This document shows, one piece after another, positions 46,963 through 59,536 of a DNA stretch of 64,000 bases. Origin of the DNA: Octopus bimaculoides (lineage: Eukaryota); contig NC_068994.1 in assembly GCF_001194135.2 (NCBI RefSeq), positions 3,388,540-3,452,539 on the forward strand, read 5' to 3'. The stretch's first letter is position 1, and each line of letters starts with the position of its first letter. The notes under the pieces were generated by a model. It had not been told where the DNA came from and did not search any database. It worked only from the letters and a program-made list of their open reading frames with translations. The position numbers were made by a program, and so were the translations under genes.

Positions 46963-48000
46963 ATGAATTATATAAAGAATGTGACAGGAAACCGCTCTTT
47001 TTTAGGCTCCATGTCCACTTTGAACATTTTTCAGTCTAAAAAGAAAACATCATTTCAGGGCACAAGTCAACGATTTGTTGTGCCGAATCAGCCGATTGTA
47101 ACAAGACCGTATTCAAAATTACAACTGAAATCATTGGATTCTTTTCAGTGGGACGGTAACATTTACCAAATGAATCGAACTATTAAAAATAAAGCGAACA
47201 ATAGTTTATTGTCCTTAACTAGCATATTATGTTTCACTGAACACATGGAGAATACACCGTTGGATAACATGAGCATGTTGTTTCAATCAAACCAGCATTG
47301 TGCAAACAACAGACGAAACACACAGCCAGACGAAGACAATATTCTGTCGGGAATTTTCAATGAAGATGTTTCAAAGGCAACACAAATGGAGAAAAAAGAA
47401 AGAAAACCATTAAGATATTCGTCAGTCATTGCTTGTGAAAGGCTTCTATTAAAATATCCAGACAATTTGATGTATCTATTATTGCAAATGGTACTGACGC
47501 CAGAAATACATTGTCAGCCATTTCAAAACGAAAAGCACAGGAAATCATTATCTGAAGAGAACTTATTGGCAAAATTAGTTAAATGTAATCTGAATGAGTA
47601 TGTCGGTCGTGTTGTGATGTTTTCTCTGACTATAAAACATGAGAACGGTTTTTTTGATAAAAGTAACAATTGCAGAGACCTGGCAGGTGAGAAGCAACAC
47701 AAGAGAAATAATTCGCCATCTGGTGAAGCCAGATTGAAAGACACGGGTGACGACATTCAGAAAAGCCAGCCGCCAAACATTTTCACAAAGGAACAACGTG
47801 CAATGCTGATATATTACGTATTTTTCCAGTGTTTGACGTTTTCCCTGTATTATGTCCATCAAGTATTAGATCAGCTTGACACAGACACTGTAGCAATGAT
47901 GAAACCATTTTCATTGTACATCGTACAATTTTGTTTATTGTTGTTGTTTATCTACATTAAATGGTTATTTAAGTCTCCATCCTCTCTTAAGGACAGCTAA
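46963..48000 (+). CDS. Orphan 345-aa protein with two C-terminal hydrophobic (putative transmembrane) segments
   Basis: 1038-nt stop-free, non-repetitive ORF in AT-rich DNA; aaatcATG context; AG 11 nt upstream (46950-46951); hydrophobic runs AMLIYYVFFQCLTFSLYYV and FSLYIVQFCLLLLFIYIKWLF; AATAAA at 48036-48041. No family recognised. Confidence 0.65.
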   Translation: MNYIKNVTGNRSFLGSMSTLNIFQSKKKTSFQGTSQRFVVPNQPIVTRPYSKLQLKSLDSFQWDGNIYQMNRTIKNKANNSLLSLTSILCFTEHMENTPLDNMSMLFQSNQHCANNRRNTQPDEDNILSGIFNEDVSKATQMEKKERKPLRYSSVIACERLLLKYPDNLMYLLLQMVLTPEIHCQPFQNEKHRKSLSEENLLAKLVKCNLNEYVGRVVMFSLTIKHENGFFDKSNNCRDLAGEKQHKRNNSPSGEARLKDTGDDIQKSQPPNIFTKEQRAMLIYYVFFQCLTFSLYYVHQVLDQLDTDTVAMMKPFSLYIVQFCLLLLFIYIKWLFKSPSSLKDS

Positions 48001-48809
48001 CAAATTACATGTTTTTTTTTTTAAACGAGAGAAGGAATAAATGTATTTTTATACACTATATATTTATATATATATTACTATGACTTCTTTTCTATATATT
48101 GTCTTTAGAGAAATATTTTCACACAAGAGAAAATATTTTATAAATCTGTATTTAGTTTATAAAGATGAATTTAGCCATGATCCGGTTGACATCTTATCAG
48201 AAACGTTCCAGCAGTGACTATTCTATCACACTTGTTCACTCCACTTGCTGGAAATAGCAGCCAAATTTCATCACACCACGCTGTCTTAAAGGACAAGATG
48301 GGGGTAGTCACTGCTTTTGGACAACTTACACCCTACATAATAAACCAATGCACTTCAGTGTACAGTGTGATCTTCATTTCCGGCAGGGATACAATATATC
48401 CAGAATACTGGATCCACAGATCGCATCTTATAGTCATTCACTATTTGTTCTAGTATCATTCTTAAAGGACTGGCCCCTTCTTCACTTGTATTTCATTCAT
48501 AAAATATCCCACATCCTAAAATCATCTCTGACCCCTCACTCTTTTACTTTCTTTCTTGAGAGTTATAAATCCCTCAAGACTAGCTTCAAAATGATGTCGT
48601 AAACCCATTAACACTGTTCCATTTAGATTTTGCTGGGCTGCCATTTTAAACCACTTCATCTCTGCTTCATTCAAATTAGTATTATCAGCCAGTTGATATC
48701 AATTTTATCAAATACACGGAGGTAAAGTGGCTGAGTTCAGAGACAATGAATGAGACCTTTAACATTATGTCATACTTGAGAAGAAGACCTATGAAGCCAA
48801 ACAAAATCA

Positions 48810-48980
48810 GTCATGGCACATAAAAGCACCCATCACACTCTCAGAATGGTTGGCATAAGGAAGGGCATCCAGCCATAGAAAACCCTGCCAAATCAGACTG
48901 GAGTCTGGTGCAGCTTACCAGCCATGGTCAAATCGTCCAACCCGTGCCAGCATGGACAATGGATGTTAAATGATGATGAA
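48810..48980 (+). repeat. Copy of the (GAT)n-tailed dispersed module
   Basis: ggttggcataaggaagggcatccagccatagaaa..ccaacccgtgccagcatgg..gttaaatgatgatga. Confidence 0.7.
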
Positions 48981-49422
48981 GACAACCTTAACATACATAC
49001 TTATGTACTGTATCTCGGGAGGGTCATTATGCCAATAATAAATATATGCACTGGTCCTATTTCACTTCTTTTATTATTTAGTCAATTACTTAACCAATCA
49101 ACTGACTGACTGTCTTATTAAGTGTTTGGTCAATCAATCAATCAGCTAGGTCAATCATTTCCTTGCTACCTGCAACTTCATTAATGATAAGGCTTCTCTA
49201 TTGCAGATTTACTTGACTATCCTGAGATATAAAAAAATATATTTTAACACACGAGTTCAGATCAAAAACATTGCAAATGAAATAGAAAAACAATTATATG
49301 CAAATATATATATATTCCCATGCAAAACAGAAACAAGTACCAAGAGTTCCATGTGGCATGCTTGAATAATTGTGAAGATCACTTCACATGAAACTACTGG
49401 TTGCTTTGTTGATCCACAAACA

Positions 49423-49467
<45 letters not shown>

Positions 49468-51633
49468 NNNNNNNNNNNNNNNNNNNNNNNNNNNNNNNNN
49501 NNNNNNNNNNNNNNNNNNNNNNNNNNNNNNNNNNNNNNNNNNNNNNNNNNNNNNNNNNNNNNNNNNNNNNNNNNNNNNNNNNNNNNNNNNTTCTTAGTTT
49601 TTTTTAATGATGGTTAGATACATAGACAGATAGAGAGTGAGAGTTGGGCAGGTGTTGTAACCCTCTTGAAATGAAGCAAACAACAGTGATTATGAGCTGG
49701 GAGAAGAGGGGGAAAAATATCATATATATATATATATATAAATCAGGGACATACCACCAAGGTTGGCAGTGCCTACCTTGAATAAAATAGAACGATAGCA
49801 ACATTTTCCTTTTATGGCAAAATATGCACCTAATTCAATAAAATTATGAAGGTTACTCTGATTACTCTGCATAAAATGCAAAATATTTTATTTTTTTGTA
49901 GATTAGGTAGGCATAATTCGCCCTTGCTTTTCAATCTCGGTATTTAAGCTACGCATAGTACTGCTGTAGTACACACGCTGCATACACTCCTACAACACCG
50001 TTTTCTTTGCATGCTATAAAGGCAGAATTAAATTTGCCTTCAACTCAGACACATGTCTGTTTCTCTTATTTTTTGTGTTTTACTACATAAAGGTCACCAA
50101 CTGCCTACCCTGAGTAATTACTGATGGCACGTGCCTGATATATATGAGACACTCCACACAACATAATAAATAAATTAAAAAAAAACATAATATGTAAGAT
50201 AGACATGGACCCTTACAATGTTTAAGGGCAAGGGAACGTTTTGGTGAAGTTGTGGAGAGCATTGGTGGTAATTAGTTTCAGTGCAGATTGAAACCATGAT
50301 TGCGAGTTCACACAAAACCCAAACAGTGCCAAATTCTTGTAGATTGTAATTTTGTTCAATAAATGAAAAAGTTGGGGTGAGAGTGATGGTTAATGACACA
50401 TTATTATAAATTTCCAGTGAAGACATGTTGATCCATAAACAAGGACATATTGACTGAAACTGGACACAAACATTGATCACTCCTTACACAGGGAACATCA
50501 TTTCCAGGGATATATTCAAATGAAAGAGGAGAGGGGGAAAAAACCCGTAAGTTGCCAGTTTTTTTCTCTTTAGTTTTACAATTGAAATGTACCTTTTTTT
50601 GTTTTTCATTGATACAGGCACCAATGTCAGAGATGTGAAAATCTCTTTTCCTTGTCCGAAACAATGTCACATACAAGTATATCCATTTTGTTTTCTTTTT
50701 GTCTTCCTTCTGCAGCAGTATCATATAGAAATGAACCCTGCTTCTCACATGTACAACTATTATAAACAGTTGTACTTCCTTTACACACACACATATCTAT
50801 CTATACATACATCATTTAATATACACAAAATTTTAAAAGAGCTACTAACAGTTTCATGCTGTTGAGCTACAATAATTTCCCAGATTATTGTATCTGTACG
50901 GTACGAAACTATTGGTATCTCTTTTTAAAATTCTGTCTATGTTAAATGATATTCATTTCTCACTGGATGGAATCCTTCTTTTGTTGATCCTACCTGTAAT
51001 GGAACAGTAAACTATATTTACATATATGTATGTATGTGTGTATAAATATATAAAAGAATGTAGACTTTCTTATGTGTTAAGTGACCTTTCTGGTTTTAAA
51101 AATATCAATGTCGTTCTGATGTAGCTTGGCAAGCACAGCTACCAATATCACACACACACACACACACACGGTCACCACTTAATGTTCACTCTGCTTGCTC
51201 CTTTCTCTGCATAGCAACCGTTGTGGTATCCCAAACACATCTTGCTTTACACAAATTCCATTGTTTCCAGATGTATCTCATAGAAAGATGTCATTAAAAG
51301 ACATTATTATTATTATTATTATTATCAGTCCTAGCAATGAAACGAATGTACTTTGAAGAAATACTGTTTATCACATTCCAAGGTACTTATTAACTGCAAA
51401 CATCCATGCACCTTTTTCTGTCAGTTTAGTAATTCTCTCTGTAAACACTGATGAGGTACTGCACGGTACCACACAAGAGTCAATGCTAAAGAACAACTGC
51501 CGTGCCTGTTTCTCTGTCTTAAATGCCCGGTGGAGGCTTCACTATTTAGAGTGGAGAGAGGGAAAGAGAGAGAAAGAGAGAGAACGAGAACATTAGAGAG
51601 TTAAATCACATTCAAGACAAAGAGTTGTCTCCC

Positions 51634-52701
51634 TTATATGTTCATATAGTGCGTCACCCCTTCGTGCTGTGGTATATCCGTGGTATGATGTGCTTGAGAT
51701 ACACTGAGGGTCGCTTGGTAAGTTTCTGAAGTTGCTGCAGCAGTGTTCTGTGGGACACAACTCAGTTTACGGTCGCCAAGTTTATTGGTTCGCTGGTGTC
51801 GCTCCAGATGGTCTTTACGAGAAAAGGCAAAGCCGCAAATGTTACATTTGAAGGGTCTCTCGCCCGTGTGCGTCCGTTTGTGGACAGTGAGGTGGTATTT
51901 CTGGGAGAACGACTTGGTACACATATCACAGCAGAATATCTTCTCGTTGGTGTGGGCCTTTTTGTGTCTCTCTAGATAGCTGTTCTCTGAGAACGCCTTC
52001 CCACAAACGTCACACTTGTAGGGAAGCAAGGCAGCATGAATTCGCTCATGCATATCTGCATCGGACCTTTCTGTGAAGGCTTTCCAGCAGGCTTTACAGT
52101 TGAATGGATTATCGTCTTGGTAGTTAGCAGGCACCTGTGGTTGGGGTTGAGGCGGCGGCGGCGGTGGAGGCGGTGGTGGTGGTGGTGGCGGCTGTGGCTT
52201 CTGATAGGTAGTGCTCTGGTTCTGGAATAGAGATTCTTCGTGTGTCTTAAAATGGCGAGTTAGATCTCCATTTCTTCCGAAAGCACAGCCGCAAATATTA
52301 CATTTATATGGTTTGTCAACAGCAAAAGATCTTGCAGTGTTTGGGTTGGGATTCTCATACTGGGGGGCCATCGAAGGCATGGTCCCCTGCCCATGGGTTT
52401 TCATGTGACGAGTCAGATTACCATTTCTTGAGAAACAGAAACCACAAATGTTGCACTTGAAAGGTTTCTCGCCAGTGTGTATGGTCTGGTGCTGTTTCAG
52501 GTGTGATTTATGAGAGAACGATTTTCCGCAAACATCACAACCAAATGGTTTGACAGCCTGATGGGTGAGTTTATGCCTCTCCAGGTTGTCAAACCGTGAG
52601 AAACCTTTACCACAGATATCGCAGCTATGACTTGTCTCGATGGCATGAATCACTTCAGTTAGTTCGTAACCTGGAATGTTGGAGGTGATGATGTGATTCA
52701 T
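51634..52701 (-). CDS. C2H2 zinc-finger protein ZNF-D (355 aa from first ATG; 7 intact fingers + 1 lacking the second His; poly-Pro spacer)
   Basis: The ORF track starts at a non-ATG codon at 52743 inside the polypyrimidine tract. Strong acceptor (ttttttgtttgtcttttgtAG, 52728-52727) then acaccATG at 52701. The frame is open across the acceptor, so an upstream coding exon is possible. Confidence 0.9.
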   Translation of the reverse strand: MNHIITSNIPGYELTEVIHAIETSHSCDICGKGFSRFDNLERHKLTHQAVKPFGCDVCGKSFSHKSHLKQHQTIHTGEKPFKCNICGFCFSRNGNLTRHMKTHGQGTMPSMAPQYENPNPNTARSFAVDKPYKCNICGCAFGRNGDLTRHFKTHEESLFQNQSTTYQKPQPPPPPPPPPPPPPPQPQPQVPANYQDDNPFNCKACWKAFTERSDADMHERIHAALLPYKCDVCGKAFSENSYLERHKKAHTNEKIFCCDMCTKSFSQKYHLTVHKRTHTGERPFKCNICGFAFSRKDHLERHQRTNKLGDRKLSCVPQNTAAATSETYQATLSVSQAHHTTDIPQHEGVTHYMNI

Positions 52702-53649
52702 GGTGTCGTCTCTTCTGGCACCAATGCTACAAAAGACAAACAAAAAAAAAAAACAAGCAGTTAGGATTTTGAAAAAACATCCAGTGTATATGTGTGTGAA
52801 TGTGATGTGGTAGGGTTAATTTGTTGACCTGTGGAAGATTGTTGCATATCCTAGATAAAGCAGTTGAGATCATGTGTGACCACAGACATCATGAATATGA
52901 TTAGGACATCAGGGTGAAAGACCAAGATTAGATCTCAACAGACTGGACATCACAGATGAAATAACAGATCAACACATGTATTGATATGCTGATTCTATGC
53001 GGAATACCTAGTCAACCCACATCATTTCTGAAAAACACAGAGTAGACTAAAAGTGAGAACTTCGTTAAGGGTACACGTATCTGTGGAGTGTTCAGCCACT
53101 TGCACGTTAACAGGAAAGACTGATTTAGTAGAAACAGGTGATGGATATGAAAGATGACTGCTCTATCTAACAGGATGAATAACCATGCAAACATTCTCTC
53201 AATAGTTCCTATCTGAGGAATTAAGATAGGAATTATGATTTTAAGCAGTTTCCTCTATGATTCCTGATTATATCTTATACTGGTCAACAGGAATTGCAAC
53301 TGGATACATATGTCTTGGTCACGGATACAGTACAGTAAACTGTATCATACTGTGGTATCTACTTACGGCTAAGTAAACTGAGCTATAGACAGAAACATGT
53401 CCTTGTCATGGCCACAGGGAAATGAACTCAACACTGTTGGCAATACAGATGTTTTGGATAATGAACTCAGTGTTTCAAATCCACCTCAAATAAAGTGAAA
53501 GTGTCAATGTATGAAAGGGCTGCAGGTTTGTCACAGTTGGAATCTGATCCTCATCTTCAATTTCATGTTGAGAACCAGATTATCACCTGGATAAGGCACA
53601 AGTCTATCACACATTACTTTCCTTAGCTAAACTTCAGACAATAAGATGA

Positions 53650-53990
53650 ATGCAGAATAATAGAATTCTATCTAGAAACACAATGGAGACAATGAGAGAG
53701 AAGTCTCTACCTGGTCAAAACACTAGTTGATCAGAGATAACACTCTCTGGTTATCTGGTACATATTTCTGATAGTAAGGTGCACTGAGAGGTAATGGAGA
53801 ATATAGTGTTCTGTCAAGAAACACAACAGAGAGAATGAGAGATAAATTTTCACCTGAATATGACACCAGTCTATCACAGGTAATATTCCTGATAGCTAGG
53901 TGAATTGAGGCAATGGAAAATATGGTGTTCTGACTAGAAACAACAGAAATGAGAGATAACCTTCCACTGAGATAGGGAGATTTGGCTGTT
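53650..53990. repeat. Degenerate about 120-bp tandem repeat (2-3 copies)
   Basis: atatttctgatagtaaggtg..aatggagaatatagtgttctgtcaagaaacac..aatgagagataa (from 53762) against atattcctgatagctaggtg..aatggaaaatatggtgttctgactagaaac..aatgagagataa (from 53883). Confidence 0.65.
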
Positions 53991-56399
53991 ATATCTAACA
54001 CATAAGTATGTGTGAGCTTGTATGATTTGACTTCTATTTCTACCAGCTTTAGCAACCATGTAAAGATTCTCCCAAAAGAATTGGTCTTGTAGCATTTGGT
54101 CATTGTCCTTCAGTGCTTTTAATGGGAACTCCTATCTCTCATTATGTCAAGGGGTTAGTAAAACAACCTTAATAAGTATTTGCTATGCTCCAAGGACTTT
54201 ATGGGTCAATGTGTTAACTGAAGTTTCATAGAAATGAATGAGAGATAAATCAGTGTCTAGGGGACAACAGGACACAAGTCTACCATAGACAACATTCTTC
54301 ATTTAGTAATTATTTCTCCATGACAGCTAAATGAAGTGGAAAACAGTGTTTAGTGTAGAAACAGCACACTAGCTACAGATTTGATTTCATGAACTATGAG
54401 CAACCAGTCCATTCCATTATCCACTTAGCTGTCTCACCTCTACCAGTAAAATATGAGGGTAAATTTAATGGATGTATCTTATGAGTTTGTGGTTTGATGC
54501 TAACGACAGGTTTCAATATATGCACTCACTAAAACAGGTAAATACATACACACATGCAAAAGGAATTTTTAAATGAGAGCATAATGAATAAGAAGAAAGA
54601 AAAATAAATAAATTGACTGTCACCTTGAATTCTGTTTATGTTAAAAATACTGCTTCTCAGGGAGAAGCCATAGATATGAAAATGGTTCAGATTGGAGATT
54701 GTGCAAGAGCAGACAACACAATTTCTGGACAAGGAATATCGAAATGGCCACTTTAGGACACCACAACAACCTATAAATAAAATTGAAAAGAAAAATATTG
54801 GAACAAATATGTTTACAATGTTCTTCCATTTCATTAAACAAAAGATGCCACAGATGGCAGCTTATGAAGAGGTTCACAAAAAAAAACTGACCCCGAAAAC
54901 CAGCCCATGTTTATAAATACAAACAAGGTTCAAGAAAGGGTCTGTGGAAATTAAGGTGGATGGTGGGGGTGTCTTGCAAGTTGTCAAATATTTCTATGGT
55001 TGGATGTGCATTTATGTGGCACCTCATGGTTGCCTTTTATGTAACACTGCACAGGCAGTTTTATGTGCTTTTTATGGGACACTGGCAGAGGACTCTTACA
55101 GGTCAATCCTCTTCCCCAGAGGGACTGGACTCAACACTTCTGCCGTGGGGCACAAGACTTCTTGAGTACAGCAAGGCACCAGGTATCCCAGCCCATTGTC
55201 ATCTTGCCTGAAAGGTTCAGTGTCCTGAGGAGGCCATTCTTCACTCCTTTGTCCAGTTGTTGGTGACGATGACCAAGAACCCCATATGGGAGAAGATGGG
55301 ACTGAGCATGTCCAGCTACAGTCAATCAGGCCAATGAGTGCTGAGAAGGCTGTCGCAGGTCAGGCACTGGTGCTCTGGACTTGCACAGTTCGTGTTGTCT
55401 TTGTGCCCTGCAATCCTGTTCTGTTCGTAGGAGGAGGTGGCACCTCTGTTGGGGTAACTTTGCACAGTTGATAGGCCAGCCACTGGACTATTTGTCCTGA
55501 GAAGAACATATCTTATGGACTTGATATGCTTATGCTGAAAACGCAAGAGATATCAGAGAGAGAGAATATTCATCAGCAGCAGCAACCAGCCATATACTCC
55601 AATGAGAATTTGTCATCTCTGATATAGGAAATAAATGAACCAAACCTTCACTGATGTTGCAAATGACCAATCTGACTGACTGAAATTTTGGTGTGCACAG
55701 TTGGTGTTTATTGCCCCTGTGCATCTGCCACACACAAAAACTTTCTTCTCAGTTAACCTTCTTTTGATATCGCTGCACCTCTTGTGTCCTAGCCTACACC
55801 AGGTACATCTTATGGAGTTTCTACCTATGCCTTTTCTACAGATTGAGCAGGGCCATCTACTTGAAGGGATTTGTGATTTGTCTGCCTTCCTATATCCATC
55901 TATCTAAAAATTAATTTGCAAAGGGGTCATTAATTCTATTATTATCCAATGTAACTATTCTAAGAATGATAATAACAGAGTCAATGACACAGGCGACAGC
56001 AGGCCAAAAATAGCATTAAATAGCCGAGGGATTAAAATTAATCAAAGGACATACTAAGTATGTTTACCTGCTTGAAATAACAGTCAAAACTCAGTTTTAA
56101 ATTGCCAAAAATATTTTTGGCGATTTAATAATGAGTTTATCTATCTATCTATATATATATGTATAAAAGGCATAAATAGGTGGGAACTGACAGGTCCAAG
56201 AACAGATCTAACATTTCCTTTGCTTTGTGTATCATTAAAGGTGACTACAGACACTAAATAATGTTGATGTATGTGGTTATATATATATATGACAGATATG
56301 TAGATAGGTGTATATATGACAGACATATATATACACTCACCAGGTCTCGGTACTCAGTCTGCTCCTATTCATGATAATACTCCAAGTTGCAGAGGAATT

Positions 56400-56845
56400 T
56401 AAAAGATCTATATGTTGCTGACCTAGCTGACATAGCAAAATCTGTAGCAGAATTGGAAAAGAAAATCCAGGTTTGGAAGTAAAACTTAGAATCAAAGGGA
56501 CTCAAAGTTTAACTTAACAAAGACTTAAGTTGTAGTAAGCAAGAAAATAGACACAGACATCTTCCTCCGTGTAAATGGGTCTGCTAAATATGTAGAAAGG
56601 AATTCCATCCAGTGTGCAAGCTATGGACATACAAGAAATGCATTGGAATCACAGGAAAGTTAACCGAGACAGTAAAGTTTGTATGTGAACGATGTGCAAG
56701 GGCAATATTCCCTAAGGACCCACAATAGATTTCCTCAAATACCCTGGAAGCCCCATAGAAGTAGTGGATAGTTTCTGTTACTTGAGTGGTTTAATTAGCA
56801 GCAGAGAGGGCTGTTCCGAAAGTACAGGCGTTAGAATATGAATGT
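56400..56845 (+). mobile_element. RTE-type LINE fragment (RT C-terminal part with inserted Cys/His-rich finger)
   Basis: LYVADLA..ELEKKIQVWK*NLESKGLKV/NLTKT, then NSIQC/CKLWTYKKCIGITGKL..FVCERC, then IEVVDSFCYLSGLISSREGCSES; stops and frameshifts present. Confidence 0.75.
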
Positions 56846-59302
56846 CTTGGAATGCCAAAGCTGACATTGGGATCTAACGCAGGTCTGTGGATCTTAAGGT
56901 CATGTCAAACCGTGTAACCCATGGCAGCATTGAAAACGGACGTGTGATGGTAATGTACATAGAAACACGTGTTCTGATGCATAAATATGAAGACACGTGA
57001 ATGTATCTCCAGTCACAGCCCGTTTCGTTCCACACACACACACACATACATAATGTACAGGCATCCATATACGCACACACACAACACATACATACATCCA
57101 CATAACCTAAACACACACACACGCATTCATAAATAACGCGCACGCACACACTCAAAACACATTCACATGCAAGCAACAAACAATACACACATTTCATAAG
57201 GAAGGAACGCACACACACACACATTTCATAAAGGGACGCACACAGTAAATCCAATGAAATTCCCTTACACAGCAGACTTTGAAGGATCAGCTCTTACATA
57301 GTGAGATACAACGTGATGTAGTGACGCTCATACCTTTCCAGAAGAACATTAGTAAAGCAAGCGAGGCAGGTCCGGTCATATATGAATTCTAAAAGAGGTA
57401 AGAATTTAAGAATGTAGCAGTTTAAACACAACAAAACTGGGTCTAATAACGCCTCTGGTTTCTTTCGAGGCCCTATGTGAGCATTCTTTCGGTATGCCGT
57501 CTATGTGATTTGAACCTGATGTCTGGGCGTTACTTACGAGGAATCGCATGAATATTTAACGTCTCTAACCTGAAGTCTTGGAGTTTTCTATTTTTTAAGT
57601 AGTTACATAGATGTTATCCAGTAATGCTACTAAGATAGCAGCTGGATTCGAAACAGAATCCCGCTAATTGCCGATCAGGCGGGTTTACCGTCGACCTAGT
57701 CAGTCAAACTTCCGCTATCAGCTAACAACAATAACAAGAGTGTCAAAGGCGGGCCAAACTATAAGATAAGTAGGTAAATCACAGCTTTTAGCCAGCTCAA
57801 CCATGTATATAATTAGTAATAATGATACGTAATGACTTGTAAATTAAGTACACAACCTCTTTTAGCACCCATTGCATAAATGGTACTTCAATGATATCGA
57901 CCCCGGAAGAAATATAAAGTACATAGTGCAGTTTTCTGTCATATTTCCATTTATATTTCGAGAGCATCAGAAGAATGTAAATTCCCGCCCCCACCTCTCG
58001 GACTTGAACGATATTTTATCGCTCACGGAAGGATGAAAGGTAAAACCGACTTTGATGGGATTCGAACTAGGATTGCTAAAGATAAACTAAGAAATAAAAT
58101 TACTTGGAAGAAACTTCTAGAAAAATTATATATATATATGAGACACTTCGATCACGATAAACTATAAATTGATATATAATAAGAAAGGTGAGAACCAAAG
58201 TAAGATAAGGTATAGAATTCGTGTGAGTGTAAAGGGAGTTATATCGGCAGTTGGGGGACAATAAGTAATCAATAAAATTGGTGAGGACCCAATGTAATGA
58301 TCGAAACGTCAGCAAATGCAGGGGAAATACGGGAGAAGTCAGAGGTTTGGGAAACGGAAAGAAATAGTTTTTAATCTGTGGAAATATTTGAATAAGAGTT
58401 TAGTGTGTCTGTATCCTGGTTTGGATTAAATGAAACGATCGTTAATGGGTAATTAATATATCTGCAAATATTCATAATATAATAATAGCTACTGAACACA
58501 TAAACCCATATATATATAACTCTATCAATGTATATCTCTCTCTATATATATGTGTGTGTGTGCGTGTGTAATTTTATATTTATAGAGACGTATTTCTAAT
58601 AGCAGACACAATAATAGAGATACTTTTTTTTAAAAAAAACATTTATTTCAAACTTTACAATTGGGCAGCCAAAGAAAGAGACATGCGCTAATTGTGACGA
58701 ATTATTAATTAGATCATACCCTCTCCCCCCGCCCCATTATTCCAGATAGCAAGTTCGAAACTTATGAAAGGGTTTAAAAAGGGATAACAAAGTGAAGGTA
58801 GGGGAAAACCGATGTCAGTTCCCTTTGATGCTGGGTGAAGCATATTTTTGGCGGATAGTTTTAACGGTAAAAACCAGGGGGGAAGGGGACTAGCTTAACA
58901 TAACTCAATATATAAAAGATACACACATATATATATATACATATATATATGAGTTTACACGAATATGCATGTATTTCCAAGCTGTGTAATATATATAAAC
59001 TAAAAATATGTATATGTGTGTGTGTGTATAGCTGATGTTAGGATATTTTTGTGAAGTGGAGCGAGTCGGTTGTTTCTAAGTGTTGGCGGTGTAATGGGTT
59101 TGAAATAAGAGGAGGGAAATAGCTATTATTTAATGAACATCTGCGAAGTGGTTGGCACGGACACTGAATTAAACAGAAACAGCAGCACTTTTTGTGTTAT
59201 CTTCGGTTGATTAATATAGAAAGGGAGAAGAAAGAGAAGAGATCGGAGAAAGACAGAAACATGCATTGGCAACTAACAACAAATAAGAAATAGACATTTA
59301 TC

Positions 59303-59312
59303 ACTTACCTTG
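59303..59312 (-). other. Candidate splice donor for an upstream 5' exon of ZNF-D
   Basis: Consensus AAG|GTAAGT on the minus strand (exon would end at 59309); no transcript evidence. Confidence 0.25.
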
Positions 59313-59332
59313 TCCTTGTTAGAACTACAGCG

Positions 59333-59397
<65 letters not shown>

Positions 59398-59502
59398 GCA
59401 GTTTCTTGAGTGTTTTTCCTCTAAATGGTTGGCATGAAGACTGGTGTTTTTAGTACAAAATGTGTTTAGAATGAGTATAGTTTGATTGTTCTCTAGTCGT
59501 TG

Positions 59503-59536
<34 letters not shown>

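Noticed and set aside
52702-52743. N-terminal extension MFVFCS.. of ZNF-D in the ORF track
   Set aside because: Starts at a non-ATG codon within the polypyrimidine tract upstream of a strong splice acceptor, so that part is intronic.
56335-56345. Perfect minus-strand donor CTG|GTGAGT beside the RTE fragment (possible exonised LINE in ZNF-D)
   Set aside because: No convincing matching acceptor found; isolated donor consensus sequences are common by chance.
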